Origin: the human T2T-CHM13v2.0 reference genome, Homo sapiens | Assembly (NCBI RefSeq): GCF_009914755.1 | Contig: NC_060929.1 | DNA length: 64,000 nucleotides | Reading direction: 5' to 3' (one strand) | In this document: piece after piece, positions 24,868 through 39,462 of the stretch | How positions within the stretch are numbered: the stretch's first letter is position 1 | Layout: each line of letters starts with the position of its first letter | The notes under the pieces: model-generated | Told to the model about the DNA's origin: nothing | The model's database searches: none | What the model saw: only the letters and a program-made list of their open reading frames with translations | Translations under genes and position numbers: made by a program

Positions 24868-27800
24868 AAATATTGAAAAGGAATAACTAAGGATGGAGAA
24901 AGAAAGGAAATAAGAAAGTTAATTAATATTCTGTAATCAGATCCAAGCCCAAAGAAGGTCACAGAATTTTTGCTTCAAGCATGACCACATGTGTAGATCC
25001 TTGTCAGTCATGAGTTTTCTATTGCTAGACTAATTCTACACGTGGGGCAGACCAGAAAAGTGTGTGGGTTGCATGCTTGTTTTCTCGAGAAGAGAACCAT
25101 GTTGGAACCACCTAGTATGGATGGGCCTTTAAAAGCTCTCCTAACACCAAGGCAGTTCATCTTACTTGGGAAGATTGAATTTTAAAAAGTAATGGTTTGG
25201 AGAAACAATTTTTCATGGAAAATTTATCATTAAAGAAAAATGGGTGCCATGTTGGGAAGGTCAACTTTAAAGGTGTACTGGTTCTATTGTTGATGAAAAC
25301 AAATTAGTCTGTATGAAAATGAAGTTAATATATGAATTGATGTTTGATTATTACGAAAAGCAATGGGGTACCTCACAAGGTGGACAGTTTGCTTGTGGGA
25401 ACTCAGATAGGTTCTAAAGCCCATTCCTCACAAAATTAAAAGACACCATTTTTAACAAAAACTTAATTTCTGTTTCAATTTTAAATCCAAATTGCAAAAA
25501 CAACAAAAAAGTGTTAATAAATTAAGGCTGGTCACAATGTGCCCTTTTTCTTTAGGATAAGTTTGATTTTTGATAAGATATTATATACTTACACACACAT
25601 ACCACATACAAGCACATACTTTTGACTCATACAAATATACGTTTAAAACTATTACCTACAAAATAGTATCACAATTGAAATAACAATTACACAATTTTCA
25701 ACAGATTCAATTGACATGTTTTACAAATTCTACAGAACACTTTATCATTATCATTGGGAAAACAAACAATTTAGAGCATTATTTAAAACTGTATGTAACA
25801 CAGGAGCCACCAATAAGTTATGGCAGATATAGCATTTACACCATAGTGTCACTGAAATCTAGCTGAAAAGACTAAAGTGCTGTAAAATAAAATGCTCTTA
25901 AAAACCTTGTTTAGCATATCCTGAGGACACTGTGCATTATTTTCTATTAGCAATTCAAAGTGAGCACTCTGCCTACGGAACTCCTGTTTGGTTGAGTGAC
26001 CAAAGATTAAAAGATTGTGTCGTTGGATCTGTAAAACTGTGAAACTAAAAAACTCATGGAAACATGCATTTCCTGAGACTTCCAACTTTCCAGTCTGGAA
26101 TCCTAACAAGGAAGAACCTGAACAAATAACCCTGGCTAAAAACATGTCAGAACTTCAAAGAACTTAAAACAACTTTAAGTGAAGATGTGTGTATGTGTTT
26201 GTAATTTATATTCTAGTCCATTATGGATTCTCTAATTTGAAGTGAAATTGAGAATTTAGATAGACTGTTCGTGCCAGGCATTTTCTATTTCTGATGGCCT
26301 CACTTTTCATTGGTTTTCTAGTTACTTTTCTCCTCTTAAATATTTAAATATTTGAATTATGTTTATATCTACTAATGTAGGAGATATTGATTTTAAGAGT
26401 TGAAACAGCAATAGACTCAGATTGATTAGAGTGCAGTTTCAACTTGAATAATAAGTATATGTGTGTGAAATGTGCATTCTGTGTGTGTGTGTAATGTGTG
26501 TATGTGCACATACAGGTGTATACATGGCAAACATTTTATACTCTAATACATTCACTGTTAGGTGGCACTCCATGAAAAGTAAGTTTTCCCAGTATGGCTG
26601 AAAGTCAATATTGAGGTCATCATATAGAATATCCTAAGGCTTTTAAAAGATGCCTCCTCATTCTCTGCATTTACATTATTGTGTGGTAAATAGGGAGACA
26701 TAAATGATAATGGCAGAAGAAAAATTTGCTATATTAGTCCTTGAAAATTACAGACAGGAAATCAAACTTAAAAATGATCTCTTTGCATATTTTCTCTCAT
26801 TCCACCCACTCCTTTGATTTCCTGCTGTAGATTGGGTAAAAGTTAGATTGTATTTGTTTGGTTGTTTTGTTTTGTTTTGTTTTTTTGCCTCACAGGACTT
26901 GTGAAATAGTCTTAAGAAACAAGTAAAACAAAAAGTGCACCAAGGTGTATCTACCACCATCTTGGCGCCCATGTGTAGCCCTTGTGCTACAAGCTCTCTG
27001 AAAAGACAATGCCCAGCTGAGACAAATGTGCATAGGCTAAGGATAAGCTTCGATTGCATATCACCATTTTTTACTTTTGGAAGGCCCGCAGCCTGCTTCC
27101 CCAGTGTGCTCCAGGGCAGAACTAATGGATAGAAGACAGTCAAAGGCACCTTCTCTCCATTCCCCTTTCCAAGGACTCCCTTTTAGTAAACTCCCCCTCT
27201 AGCTGGAGGACCCATGGTTCCCTTCTACCTCTTCCCTCCTTTATAAATTAAGGCAAGTCCATTTACTCTAAGTGCCTGCTACATAGGCACTGTATGTCCA
27301 CATGGAAACCATAGCATTGGCTTGAAACTGCCTTTTGTCTAACAAGGTTTCTGGGTGCATATCATTAGCAGCAGTACAAAGCTTTCCCTAGTTAAAAAAC
27401 TGCACAATTATTCAAAAGCTTCATCATGTTTGTTTTTTTCCAGAACCCAGTTGACAAATAGGACAAAGTTAATTCTAAGCAAACACTATGAGAAAGTATC
27501 TAGGTTCAAGAAAATACAACATAGTTACCTCTATATTTTATTCATGATATGATGAAAAATCTGTTTTCCATTATATTTATAAAATTAAATTCATGTGTCA
27601 TTGCAAATATTCTTGGCTAAGATCCTCCTGAAGGATGAATGAATAGCCAGTTAGAGAGAAAGTCTGCCCAAAAACCAAATTTACGGGACATACATTTCAA
27701 TAATCCTAATCATTTTAAAAGGATTCATATACATTTTCACATAAAGAGCAGGTGTAAAAGACAGAAAGATAATAAAACTACAAGGGAAGGGAAAATGGAA

Positions 27801-28999
27801 AGAAGAGAAGAAATATATTTTAAAAATAATTAAGTCCTACACTAGAATTCTTTTACAAAAATACTTTGATGTGATCATCTACTCTACTTTCAAAGGTTTT
27901 ATTACTCTTTTTCACACAATATTAAGGGTTTCAGTCTTAAAATTAAATTATTTAATATTATCAATGTCTTCATTTGAAAAGAAGAATTGTACTGTGTCCA
28001 TATCTGTGTGTGTTTCTGTATGTTTGAATTTGTATGCTATCACAGGAATGGGCATATGTTTGTATATTGTATATGGCAAGATGTATACACACAACCCAAA
28101 TGTATACACACATTTTTGTGTGTACATGTATGCTATTTGGTATACCACAGGTACATACACACTCCTCATAAACATTCTCTTCAGTATAAACAATTTCTTT
28201 TCCTCCCTTTAATTGCTAATAAGTACTATTTTCTGATCATGAGTATTTATAATCTTGAAATCAACTCTTGATTATTTGTGGTCTTGACATATATGGTTTT
28301 GAATTGAACTCCCTTATCTAAGTCTAAGAGATTAAGCCATATGTGCTACATTTAAGTTCATTAAAAGCTGAGGGCATGCTTTTATTTCTCTATGACCCTA
28401 CTTTGCATGGACTGTATTATCCTAGGAAACTATTGGGGTGTGATTATTTCTAAACATGAAAATAAAATAATTAATAATTGTAAGAATTTCATCAAATTTT
28501 ATAATTTTATAAACACCTCACAATATTCCTGTGAAGTACATAGGCAAGGATTATTGTGCTCTAAGTTTTTTTTTTTTATTTTTTAGAGTTGTCAAATATC
28601 ACAATGACACGAAGGAGGAAGTAACGCTCAAGCTGTGTCATTGTTCTTCCCTGTAGACCCGGACTATTAAACGTTAGGTTGCAGAAACTTTGTGTGAAAC
28701 TTTTGCCTCTGCCTTAATCTCATCCCTCGGATAGGATGAAACTCAGAAGTGAGGAGTCAGAGCCAATTTTAAACAAGTCCATTCAGACCTCATAAATTTC
28801 AAGTTTCCTAAAGATATTTCAGAGATCCCTGTGATTTCATGGACATAATTTCAAACACATTGCTCTAACTGCTTCTACCAGCCTTCCTCTTTCTTTCCTT
28901 CAAGTCAAAAACTTGCAGTTTCTTGAAAAATCTTCCTTAAAATCTGGAATTTAGAATTAAATATTTGAAAATCCCAAATTGGCAGGAAAGCTTGCAGTC

Positions 29000-29219
29000 T
29001 TTTTCTTCTTCCTTCCTCTCTTCCTCCCTCCCTCCCTCTCTTCCTCCCTCCCTCCCTCTCTTCCTTCCTTCCTTCCTCCCTTCCTTCCTTCCTCCCGTCC
29101 TTCCTTCTGTCCTTCCCTCCCTTCTTCCCTCCCTTCCTCCCTCCCTTCCTTTCTTCCTTTCCTTCCTTCCTTCCTTCCTTCCTTCCTTCCTTCCTTCCTT
29201 CCTTCTGTCTTTTTCTTTC
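29000..29219. repeat. CT-rich / (CCTT)n microsatellite, (GGAA)n on the mRNA strand
   Basis: ~220-bp nearly pure pyrimidine tract with (CCTT)11 at 29161-29204. Confidence 0.95.
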
Positions 29220-30085
29220 ATCAAGAGCATCATTAAGAGGGCTTTTTAAAGAGTTATTTTCAGAGTTTTCAATTTTAACACACTTGTACCTTACCATTTA
29301 CTGGGTACTTGCAGGGCAATATTATTTAAGAGATTGCCAAATTAAAATGCCATACATCTCTTTCACCCCTCAACCATTTTTCCCTCTGAAATTGGCATTC
29401 ACAGCTCTCCAAAAACATTTTTCTCCTATATTTATAGCTGCCTTAAATAGAAATACTGTGAAACACTATTATTTTCATATAACAAAAATCACTGATTATG
29501 ACCTTCAATATTACTGATGCATGGAAACTGATTTGATGCAGATTTTCTATGACCAAAAATTAGCTATGATTGCCCAACTGTGGATGACTATAGAGCATTA
29601 TAACAAGTCCCACAAAACTAGTAAGTTTTAAGACAACAATGTAATACACAAAATGTTGGGCATTCAATTGTTTTGATTCCCATACAGCATCTGATTAAAA
29701 AGAGCGAGCAAGAGAGGGAGCAGAAAGGTTGCAGGGTATAGACAGCGTAGGAGTCATAGGCTGGAAATAGAGAACCTAATCAAGTAAACACTCATGAATT
29801 CTATGTTACAAAGACTAATTTTGAAAAACAAAGTTACTGGTCTTTTTTTTTTATTCCTAACACTAGAAGTAGATTTTGCTCATCAAATGGGAAATGAAAT
29901 ATTTATAGTAATGAAGAGTATGATTGTAATCACTGAAGAAACAGTTTTTCCCCTTTTCCCACCCACTACCAGCCCTATTCCCTTCAGAGACTCAGTGGAA
30001 TAGGAAGATCAGAGTGTTTACAGATAGTATGCCCTAATACAATGAGCTTTCTCCATCTTATTCATGGAAACTCCAAGTAGTGCTA

Positions 30086-30239
30086 TCAAGTGTTGGCTTC
30101 TCCTTCATCAAAGACATAGTTGAGCTTTATGACAGTGCTGATAAAGTCACCAAGTTCTACAAAATCGGCAGTGACAATATTGATGCCACTCTCTCCTGGC
30201 TTCTGCGTGCGGACCCACTGCATCATGGCAGGAAGAGCT
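30086..30239 (-). CDS. PLCXD3: PI-PLC X domain-containing protein 3, last coding exon (C-terminal 50 aa + stop, phase-2 start)
   Basis: Translation (R)ALPAMMQWVRTQKPGESGINIVTADFVELGDFISTVIKLNYVFDEGEANT* recognised as the PLCXD3 C-terminus (NIV.ADF motif of PI-PLC X family). Preceded by a polypyrimidine tract and CAG acceptor. Confidence 0.95.
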
Positions 30240-30275
30240 CTGAGAAAGGAAACAAAAAGAAAAGTCACAGAAGGC
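30240..30275 (-). promoter_or_regulatory. PLCXD3: 3' splice acceptor of the PLCXD3 terminal exon
   Basis: Minus strand ctgtgac (candidate branch A at 30265, -26) ttttctttttgtttcctttctcag|AGCTCTT. Confidence 0.9.
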
Positions 30276-30599
30276 AAGATACTATTTTTCAAGCTCTACA
30301 ATTCTCAGTCTTCCCTTTAGTTTCTAGCTTATTAAAATAAATGTTTCACGTATAGGTACAGGAAGGGGAAAAGGCCAAATGGACTCTGGGGATTTTTTAA
30401 CCTTTGAAGAAACTCTGCAGGAGAAATATTCACTATATTGATCCGTATTGGAGTTCTCATCTCGGCAGATCCCAGATACTGTGATAGTTTATAATGATGC
30501 TTCCCTACTAAGAAAACAACATTTTTGCATTTGTATTCTGATTTAACATGGTGTCATCACAAACCCTGCAAAACTACGGATTGGGGAGGTCAGAGATGA

Positions 30600-31330
30600 A
30601 TACATGCACTTAGCAAACATTTATTATGAACCCACTATTATGAGGAAATGTGCTAAGATATTGTAAATAGACATAATAGTAAAATCCCCTGCCTTCAGAA
30701 AGTACACAGTTTGGTGGTGGGTAGGCAGACAAGGAAGAAATTGTAGCACAATATAATCAGGGCTCATTCCTTCAAACACATTTACTGGGCACCTATTAAG
30801 TTCCAGTCATCAGTGTAGGCACCTGGAGGATTCAAGTGAACAAAACAGATAAAAATATCTTTCCCTGTGGAGCTTACATTCTCATAAGGAGAAACAGACA
30901 ATAAACAATAGTCATAAAAATATGTAGTTTGATAGAAGGGAATAAGTGCTATAAAAATGGAGCAAAGAAAAGAAGATTAGGAATCTGCAGGTAGGGAGGA
31001 GAGATGCAGATTGCATTTTAAAATAGGGTGGCTTAATAGGCCTCAGTGATAAAGGGACATTTGTGCAAAGGTTTGAAGGAGACAAGGGAGTTAGTCATGT
31101 GGCTATCTAGGGAAAGCATCCCAGCTATTGCCATGGCACTAATGGGGTAGCATGCTTAAGCTTAGAGAAAAGAAGAGAGTAGTAAAAAAAATGAGGATAC
31201 TGAGGAAAAGGGGGCAGATTCTGTAGGGCACATTAGGCCATTATAAAAGTTTTGATGTTCACTCTGAGTAAAATAGGGGGCCTTTGAATTATCTTGAGCA
31301 GAGGAGTGGTGTGATTTGACTTTCACTATA
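30600..31330 (-). mobile_element. L2 LINE relics
   Basis: Antisense L2 tails (cattccttcaaacacatttactgggcacctatt; ttgagcagaggagtggtgtgatttgac). Approximate. Confidence 0.6.
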
Positions 31331-34300
31331 AGAGCTCATTCATCACCATGAGATCATAGTGGAGAGTCACTTAGCATAGCCTGGAAAATCAAGGAAAGTC
31401 TTCTGAAAACCTTTCAGAAGAATGCTTGCTAAAATAAATATTGAAGGATTAGGAAGATTTAGCTGGATAAAGGTGAGAATGGTAGATGGAGGATGATGCA
31501 ATGCACTTTCAGGCAGAGGAAATACCATTTTTTCATTTGCTGACAGAATCATGGTGTGTGCTTAGGAGCAATGGATCCAGGCAGACAGATACAGGTGATG
31601 TTAATGATGATGTCCAGCATCTTCTGACAGCATATTGGAATGAGAACTACTATAACTTGGTCAGGGCAGGAAGGGAAGTTTCCATGACAAAAGGATAAAT
31701 GAACAGGCCAGAGACATGATAGTGTATTAATAAAGAAAGTTTGAGGGAAATACATGTGAACATTAAATTCCTGGATGAAATGGAGAGGGAGAGGGAGAGA
31801 AAAGGGAAGAAGGGGAGGAGAGTTTAAAAACCTAGAAGAAGTTGTATAAAAAAGGTAAGGTAGTTTTGAAAGATGTTAAAGAGAAAAAAAAAAACCCAGA
31901 CAATAGAGGGCCTTGAGAAATATATAACAACTGAATTGGGAGGCTGAGCAAGATGGTGGAACAGAAGGCTCCGCATACCCCTGCAAGGTCATCGTCCTTC
32001 CTGCAAGGATACCAAGTTAACAACTATTTACACAGCAAAAAACACCTTTATAAGAACTAAAAATCAGATGAGTACCTTTAGTACCTGGATTTAACTTTAT
32101 ATCGCGGAAAATGCCACAGAAGAAATAGAAAAAGCAGTCCTGAATCACTGACACCCTCCCTCTCAACCTCCACCAGCAATGGCCTGTTGTGGAGAGCATC
32201 TCTGGGCTCTGGGCAAGGGAGAATACAGTAATTGTGAGGCATTAAACTCAGTGCTGTCCTGCTAGAGCAGAAATGAAAACCGGACCTAACTCAGCGGACG
32301 CCCAGTCACACAGGGAATATTTAAACCAGGCCTAGCCAGAGAGGGAATCACAGATCCCAGCAGTCAGAACTTGAGTGCCTGCAAATCTCACCACAGAGGG
32401 CTATAGTGTTCTGTGTCTCCAAGTAAATTTGAAAGGCAGTCTAGGTCATAAGAACTGCAACTCTTAGGCAACTCCATACTGAGACATCAGCTTAGGTAAC
32501 CAAGGGAGTGCTGGCATCACCTCTCCCCTAAACCCAGGCTGCACAGCTTGTGGTTTCAAAAGAGACCCCCTTCTTCCACTTGGGAGAAGAGGGGGAAGAA
32601 TGGTGAGGACTTTGTCTTGCCTCTTGGATACCAGCTCAGCCACAGCAGGATAGGGCACCAGTCAGAGTCATGAGGTCCCCGTTCCAGGCCCTAGCTCCCA
32701 GATGACATTTCTAGACACACCCTGGGCCAGAAGGGAACCTGCTGCCTTGAAGAAAAGGATGTAGACCTACCAGCATTCATCACCTGCTAACTGAAGAGCC
32801 CTTGGCCCCAGATAACCAGCAGAGATATCCAGGTACTACATCTTGGGTCTTGGGTGAACCTCTGAGGCTTGCTTGCAAGTAAGACTCAGCATATTACTAG
32901 CTATGGTGGCTGTGGGACAAAACTTCTTCTTGTTGAGAAAAGCAGAGAGAAAAGTAAAGGGGACTTTGTCTTGCACCTTTGGTACCAACACTGCCATGGT
33001 TGCTAGAGCACCAAGCAGACTCTTAGAGTCCCCGATTCCAGGACTTCACTGTTGGATGGCATTTCTGGACCTGCCCAGGGTCAGAGGGAGCCCACTGCCC
33101 TGAAGGGTGAGTCCCAGGCTAGGCAGCATCCACCAGAAGCAGACTTAAGAGATCTTGGACCTTAAGGGAACATCAGTGGTAGTCTGGAAGTACTCATCAT
33201 GGCTAGGGTGGTGGTGGCTATAGGGTGAGGCTCCTGTACCTTTGGAAAGGACAGGGAAGACTGGTAAGGACTGTGTCTTGTGTTTTTAGTGCCAGTTCAG
33301 CTGCAATGTAATTGGATACCAGATAAATTTCTAAGGTTTTTGGCTCTACTCCCTGACTCCAGATGGCACTTCTGGACCCACCCAGGGCTTGGGGGACCTT
33401 GCCATCCTGAAAGGAAGGATACAGACGTGGCTGGCTTTGCCACCTGCTGATTGTTCAGCCCCAGGGCCTTGAGAAACCATACACAATAGCCAGGGACTGG
33501 TTACAGCAGGCCCTGCATGAGACCCAGTACTTTGCTGGCTTCAGGTGTGACCCAGCACAGCACAGTCATAGTAGTGGTGGCCACAGAGGTGCTTGTGTCA
33601 TTCCATCTGCAGGTTTAGGTGGTTCAAAATGGAGTGGGAGACTCTGTATGTTTGGAAGAAAGTAAGGAAAGAGAACAAATCTCTGCCTGGTAACTTAGAG
33701 AATTCTCCCATATCTGGACCAAGGCCATCAAGGTGGTACCTCTACAAGTCATCAGGAATCACAGCATTACTGGTCTTGGGGTGCCCCCTAAAGCAGATAC
33801 AGTTTAGATCACAATACCTTAGTCTTTTCAAATTTCCAGAAGGCCTCCCTGAGAAGGATGGCTACAAATAAGCTCAGACAGCAAAGACTAGAATAAATGC
33901 CTAACTCTTCAATGTCCAGACATTGAAGAATATCTAACTAGCATCAACACCATCTGGGGAAAGGTGACCTCACCATATGAACTAAATAAGGCACCAGGGA
34001 CCAATCCTGGAGAAACAGAGATATGTGACCTTTCAGACAAAGAACTCAAAGTAGCTGTGTTAAGGAAACTCAAATAGGTTCAAGACAACACAGAGAAGGA
34101 ATTCAGAATTCTATCAGATAAATTCAATGAAGATATTAAAATAATTAAAAAGAGTCAAGCAGAAATTTTCTGGAGCTGAAAAATGTAATTGGTATACTAA
34201 AGAATGCATCAGAGTCATTTAATGGCAGAATGGATCAAGCAGAAGAAACAGTGACCTTGAAGACAGGATATTTGAAAATATACAGAGGAGACAAAAGAAA

Positions 34301-36956
34301 AAATAATAAAAAACAATGAAGCATGCCTACAGGATGCAGAAAATAGGCTGAAAAGACAAATCTAAGAGTTATTGGCCTTAAATAAGTAGAAAAGAAAGAC
34401 AAGGGTAGGATGTTTATTCAAAGAAATAATAACAGAGAACTTCCCAAACTTAGAGAAAGATATTAATATCCAAACACAAGAAGGCCAGGAGAGCATGACA
34501 TGACATATTCAAGGTGCAGAAGGAAAAAAAACTTTTACCCTAGAGTGGGATGTCTGGCAAAAATATCCTTCAAACATGAAGGAGAAATAGACTTTCCCAG
34601 ATAAACAAAAGCTGAGGGATTTCATCAATCCCAGACCCGCCCCACAAGAAATGTTAAAGGGAGTACTTCAATCAAAAAGAAAAGGACATTAATGAGCAAT
34701 AAATAATCAGTAGAAGGTACAAAACTTACTGGTAATGGTAAGTACACAGAAAAACAAAGAATATTATAACACTGCCACTGTGGTATGTAAACTACTCTTA
34801 TCCTTAGTAGAAAGACTAAACAATGAACCAATCAAAAATAAAAACTACAACAAAATTTCAAGGCACAGTCAGTACAATAAAATATAAGTAGAAACAACAA
34901 AATGTTTAAAAGTGGGGGGATGAAGTTAAGGCGTATTTTTATTAGTTTACTTTTTGTTTGTTTACTTATGCAAATAATGTAAAGTTGTTATCAAGTTAAA
35001 ATAATGACTTATAAGATGGTATTTGCACACTTCCTGGTAACCTAAAACCAAAAACATGCAATGGATACACAAAAAATAAGAAGCAATAACTAAATCCTAT
35101 CACCAGGTAAAGTCAACTTCACTAGAGGAAGACAGGAAGGAAAGAAAAAAGGAAGAGAAGACCACAACACAACCAGAAGACACATAACAAAATGCAAGGA
35201 GTAAGTCCTTACTTATCAATAACAACATTGAATGTAAATGGACTAAACTCTCCAATCAAAAGACATAGCCTGGCTTAGTGGATGAGAAAACAAGACCCAA
35301 TGATCTATTGCCTACAAGAAACACACATCACCTGTAAAGACACACATAGACCGAAAATAAAGGGTTGGAAAAAGATTCCACACCACTGGAAACAAGCAAA
35401 CAAACAAATGAACAAAAAAAGCAGGAGTTGCTATACTTATATCAGACAAAATAAATTTCAAAACAAAAACTGTAAGATGAGACAAATAATGTCACTGTGC
35501 CATGATAAAGGTTTCAATTCAGCAAGAGGATATAGCAATTGTAAATATATATGCAGTCAACACTGGAGGACCCAGATACATATAATAAGTATTTTTAGAG
35601 CTAAAGAGAGAAATAGGCCCTAAAACAATAATAGCCAGAGACCTCAACACCCTACTTTCAGTACTGAACAGATCTTCCAGACAGAAAATCAAGAAACATC
35701 AGACTTAATCTGCAGTATAGACCAAATGGATCTAATAGACATTTACAGAACATTTCATCCAAGAGCTTCAGGATACACATTTTTTTCCTCAGCGCATGGA
35801 TCATTCTCAAGGATAGACCATATTTTAGGTCACAAAACATCTTAAAACATTCAAAACAATCTAAGTAATATCAAACATCTTCTCTGACCACAATGGGATA
35901 TAACTAGAAATTAATGATGAGAGGAATTTTGGGAGTTCTACAACTACATGGAAATTAAACAGTACGCTCCTGAATGACCAGTGGGTCAATGAAGACATTA
36001 AGAAGGAAATTGAAAAGTTTCTTGAAACAAATAATAATGGAAACACAACACACCAAAACCTATGGGATACAGCAAAAGCAGTACTAAGAAGGAAGTTTAT
36101 AGCTACAAGTGCCTGTGTCCCAAAAGAGAAAAAACTTCAAATAAACAATCTAATGATGCATCTTAAAAAACTAGAAAACCAAGAAAAAACCAAACCCCAA
36201 ATTAGTAGAAGAAAAGAAATAATAAAGATCAGAGTGGTAATAAATGCAATTGAAATGAAAAAAATACAAAAGATCAATAAAACAAAAATGTCATTTGTTG
36301 AAAAGTTAAGCACAATGGACAAACCTTTAGCCATACTAAGAAAACAAAAGAAGATCCAAATAAATAAATAAAATCAGAAATGGAAAAGAGACATTACAAC
36401 TGACACTGCAGAAATTCAAAAGTTCATTAGTGGCTACTATGAGCAACTACATGCCAATAAATAGGAAAACCTACAAGAAATGAACAAATTCCTAGACACA
36501 TACAACCTACCAAGATTGAACTAGGAAAAAAATTCAAAACCTGAACAGACCAATAACAAGTAATGAGATCAAAGCCATAATAAAAAGTCTCCCAGTAAAG
36601 AAAACCCCGAGACCTGATGGCGTCACTGCCTAATAATTCTACCAAACATTTAAAGAAAAACTAATAGCAATCCTACTCTAATTATTTTGAAAAATAGAGG
36701 AGGAGGGAATATTTCCAAACTCACTCTATGAGGCCAGTATTACCCTGATAACAAAACCAAAGACACACCTAAAAACAAAAAAAAGAAAAAACAACAACTA
36801 TAAGCCAATATTGCTGATGAATATTGATGTAAAAATTCTTAACAAAACACTAGCAAACTTAATTCAGGAATACATTAGAAAGACCATTCATCATGACCAA
36901 TTGGGATTCATCCCTGGGATGCAAGGGTGGTTCAACATATGCAAATCAATTAATGT

Positions 36957-37286
<330 letters not shown>

Positions 37287-39163
37287 TCACATCAACAGAA
37301 AGAAGAATGAAAACCATATGATCATCTCAATTGATGCTGAAAAAGCATTTGATAGAAGTCAACATCCCTTCATTATAAAAAATCTTTTAAAAAACTGGAA
37401 ATAGAATGAACATATCTAAACATAATAAAAACCATATACAACAGACCCACAGCTAGTATCATACTGAATGAGGAAAAAGTAGAAGCTTTTCCTCTAAGAG
37501 CTGGCACATGACAAGGATGCCCAGTGTCACTGCTGTTATTCAAAATAGTACTGGAATTTCTAGCTAGACCAATCAGACCAGAGAAAGACACAAAATGCTT
37601 CCAAATTGAAAAGAAAGTCAAATGTCCCTTGTTTGCAGATGATATGATCTTATATTTGGAAAAACATAAAGACTCTGTAAGAAAACAGAAGTGATAAGCA
37701 AATTCAATAAATTTGCAGTATACAAAGTCAACATACAAAAATCAGTAGCATTTCTGTATGCCAACAGTGAACAATGTGAAAAAGAATAAAAGAAGCAATC
37801 CCATTTACAATAGCCACACATAAAATTAAGTACCTAGGAATAAACCAAAAAAAGTGAAAGAGCTCTATAATGAAATCTATAAAACACTGATGAAAGAAGA
37901 CACCAAAAAAATGCAAAAGTATACCATGTTTATAGATTGAAAGAATCAATACTGTTAAAGTGTCCATACTACTCAAAGCAGTCTACAGATTTAATGCAAT
38001 CTACTGTCAAAATACTAATGATATTCTTCATAGAAATAGAAAAAGCAAACCTAAAATTTATGTGGAAACACAAAAGACCCAGCATAGCCAAAGTTATCCA
38101 AACCAAAAAGAACAAAACTGGAAGAATCACATTACTTTAAATTATCCTGCAGAGAAATACTAACTAACACAGCATGGCACTGGCATAAAAACAGACACAT
38201 AGACCAAGAGAAAATAATAAATACAGAAGCAAATTCACACATTTACGGTCAACTCACTTTTGACAAAGGTGCCACAAACACACACTGGGGAAAAGACAGT
38301 ATCTTCAGTAATGGTGCTGGGAAAATTGGATATCCAGATGCAAAAGAATAAAACTTGGCCACTATCTCTCACCTCTCACCATATACAAAAATCAGATCAA
38401 AATGGATTAAAGACTTAAACCTAAGACCTCAAACTATGAAACTACTATAAGAAAACTTTGGGGAAAATCTCCAGGACATTGGTCTGGGCAAAAATTTCTT
38501 GAGCAATACCCCATAAGCACAGGCAACCAAACCAAACATGGACAAATGGGATCACATCAAATTAAAAGGCTTCTGCACAGTGAAGGATACAATCAACAAA
38601 GTGAAGAGACAACCCACAGAATGGGAGAAAATATCTTCAAACTACCCATCTGACATGAGATTAATAACCAGGATATATAAGGAACTTGAACAACTTTATA
38701 GGAAAAAAAGCTAATTAATTAAAAGATGGGCAAAAGATTTGAACAGACATTTCTCAAAAGAAGACATACAAATGGCAAACAGACATATGAACATATGCTC
38801 AACATCATTGATTATCAGAGAGATGCAAATCATGTCATCCAAGTTAAAATGGTTTATATCCAGAAACAGGCAATAACAAATGCTGGAGGGGACATGGAGA
38901 AAAGGGAACCCTTGTATACTGTTGGTGGGAATGTACATTAGTACAACCACTATGGAGAACAGTTTGGAGGTTCTTCAAAAAACTGAAAATCGAGCTACCA
39001 AGTGATCCAGCAATCCCACTGCTGGGTATATACACAAAAGATAGAAAATCAGTATATTGAAGAGATATCTGCACTCCTATGTTTGTTGCAGCACTGTGTG
39101 TAATACCTAAGATTTGGAAGCAACCTAAATGTTCATCAACAGATGACTGGATAAAGAAAATGT

Positions 39164-39462
<299 letters not shown>

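Larger units (their letters stand above)
23420..30085 (-). other. PLCXD3: PLCXD3 long 3'UTR (~6.6 kb, distal end inferred)
   Basis: Continuous, largely repeat-poor sequence from the stop codon to a cluster of three minus-strand AATAAA followed by a U-rich downstream element. Confidence 0.75.

Noticed and set aside
26748-27149. 133-aa ORF in the PLCXD3 3'UTR, gene strand
   Set aside because: Non-ATG start, low-complexity K/Q/N stretch from a GTTTT repeat, no homology recognised; would need Ribo-seq.
28905-29297. R/K/E/G-rich and P/S/F/L-rich ORFs
   Set aside because: Translations of the (CCTT)n microsatellite.
30240-30292. N-terminal 17 aa of the 68-aa ORF (MKNSILPSVTFLFVSFL)
   Set aside because: Intronic polypyrimidine tract read in frame; the exon starts at 30239.
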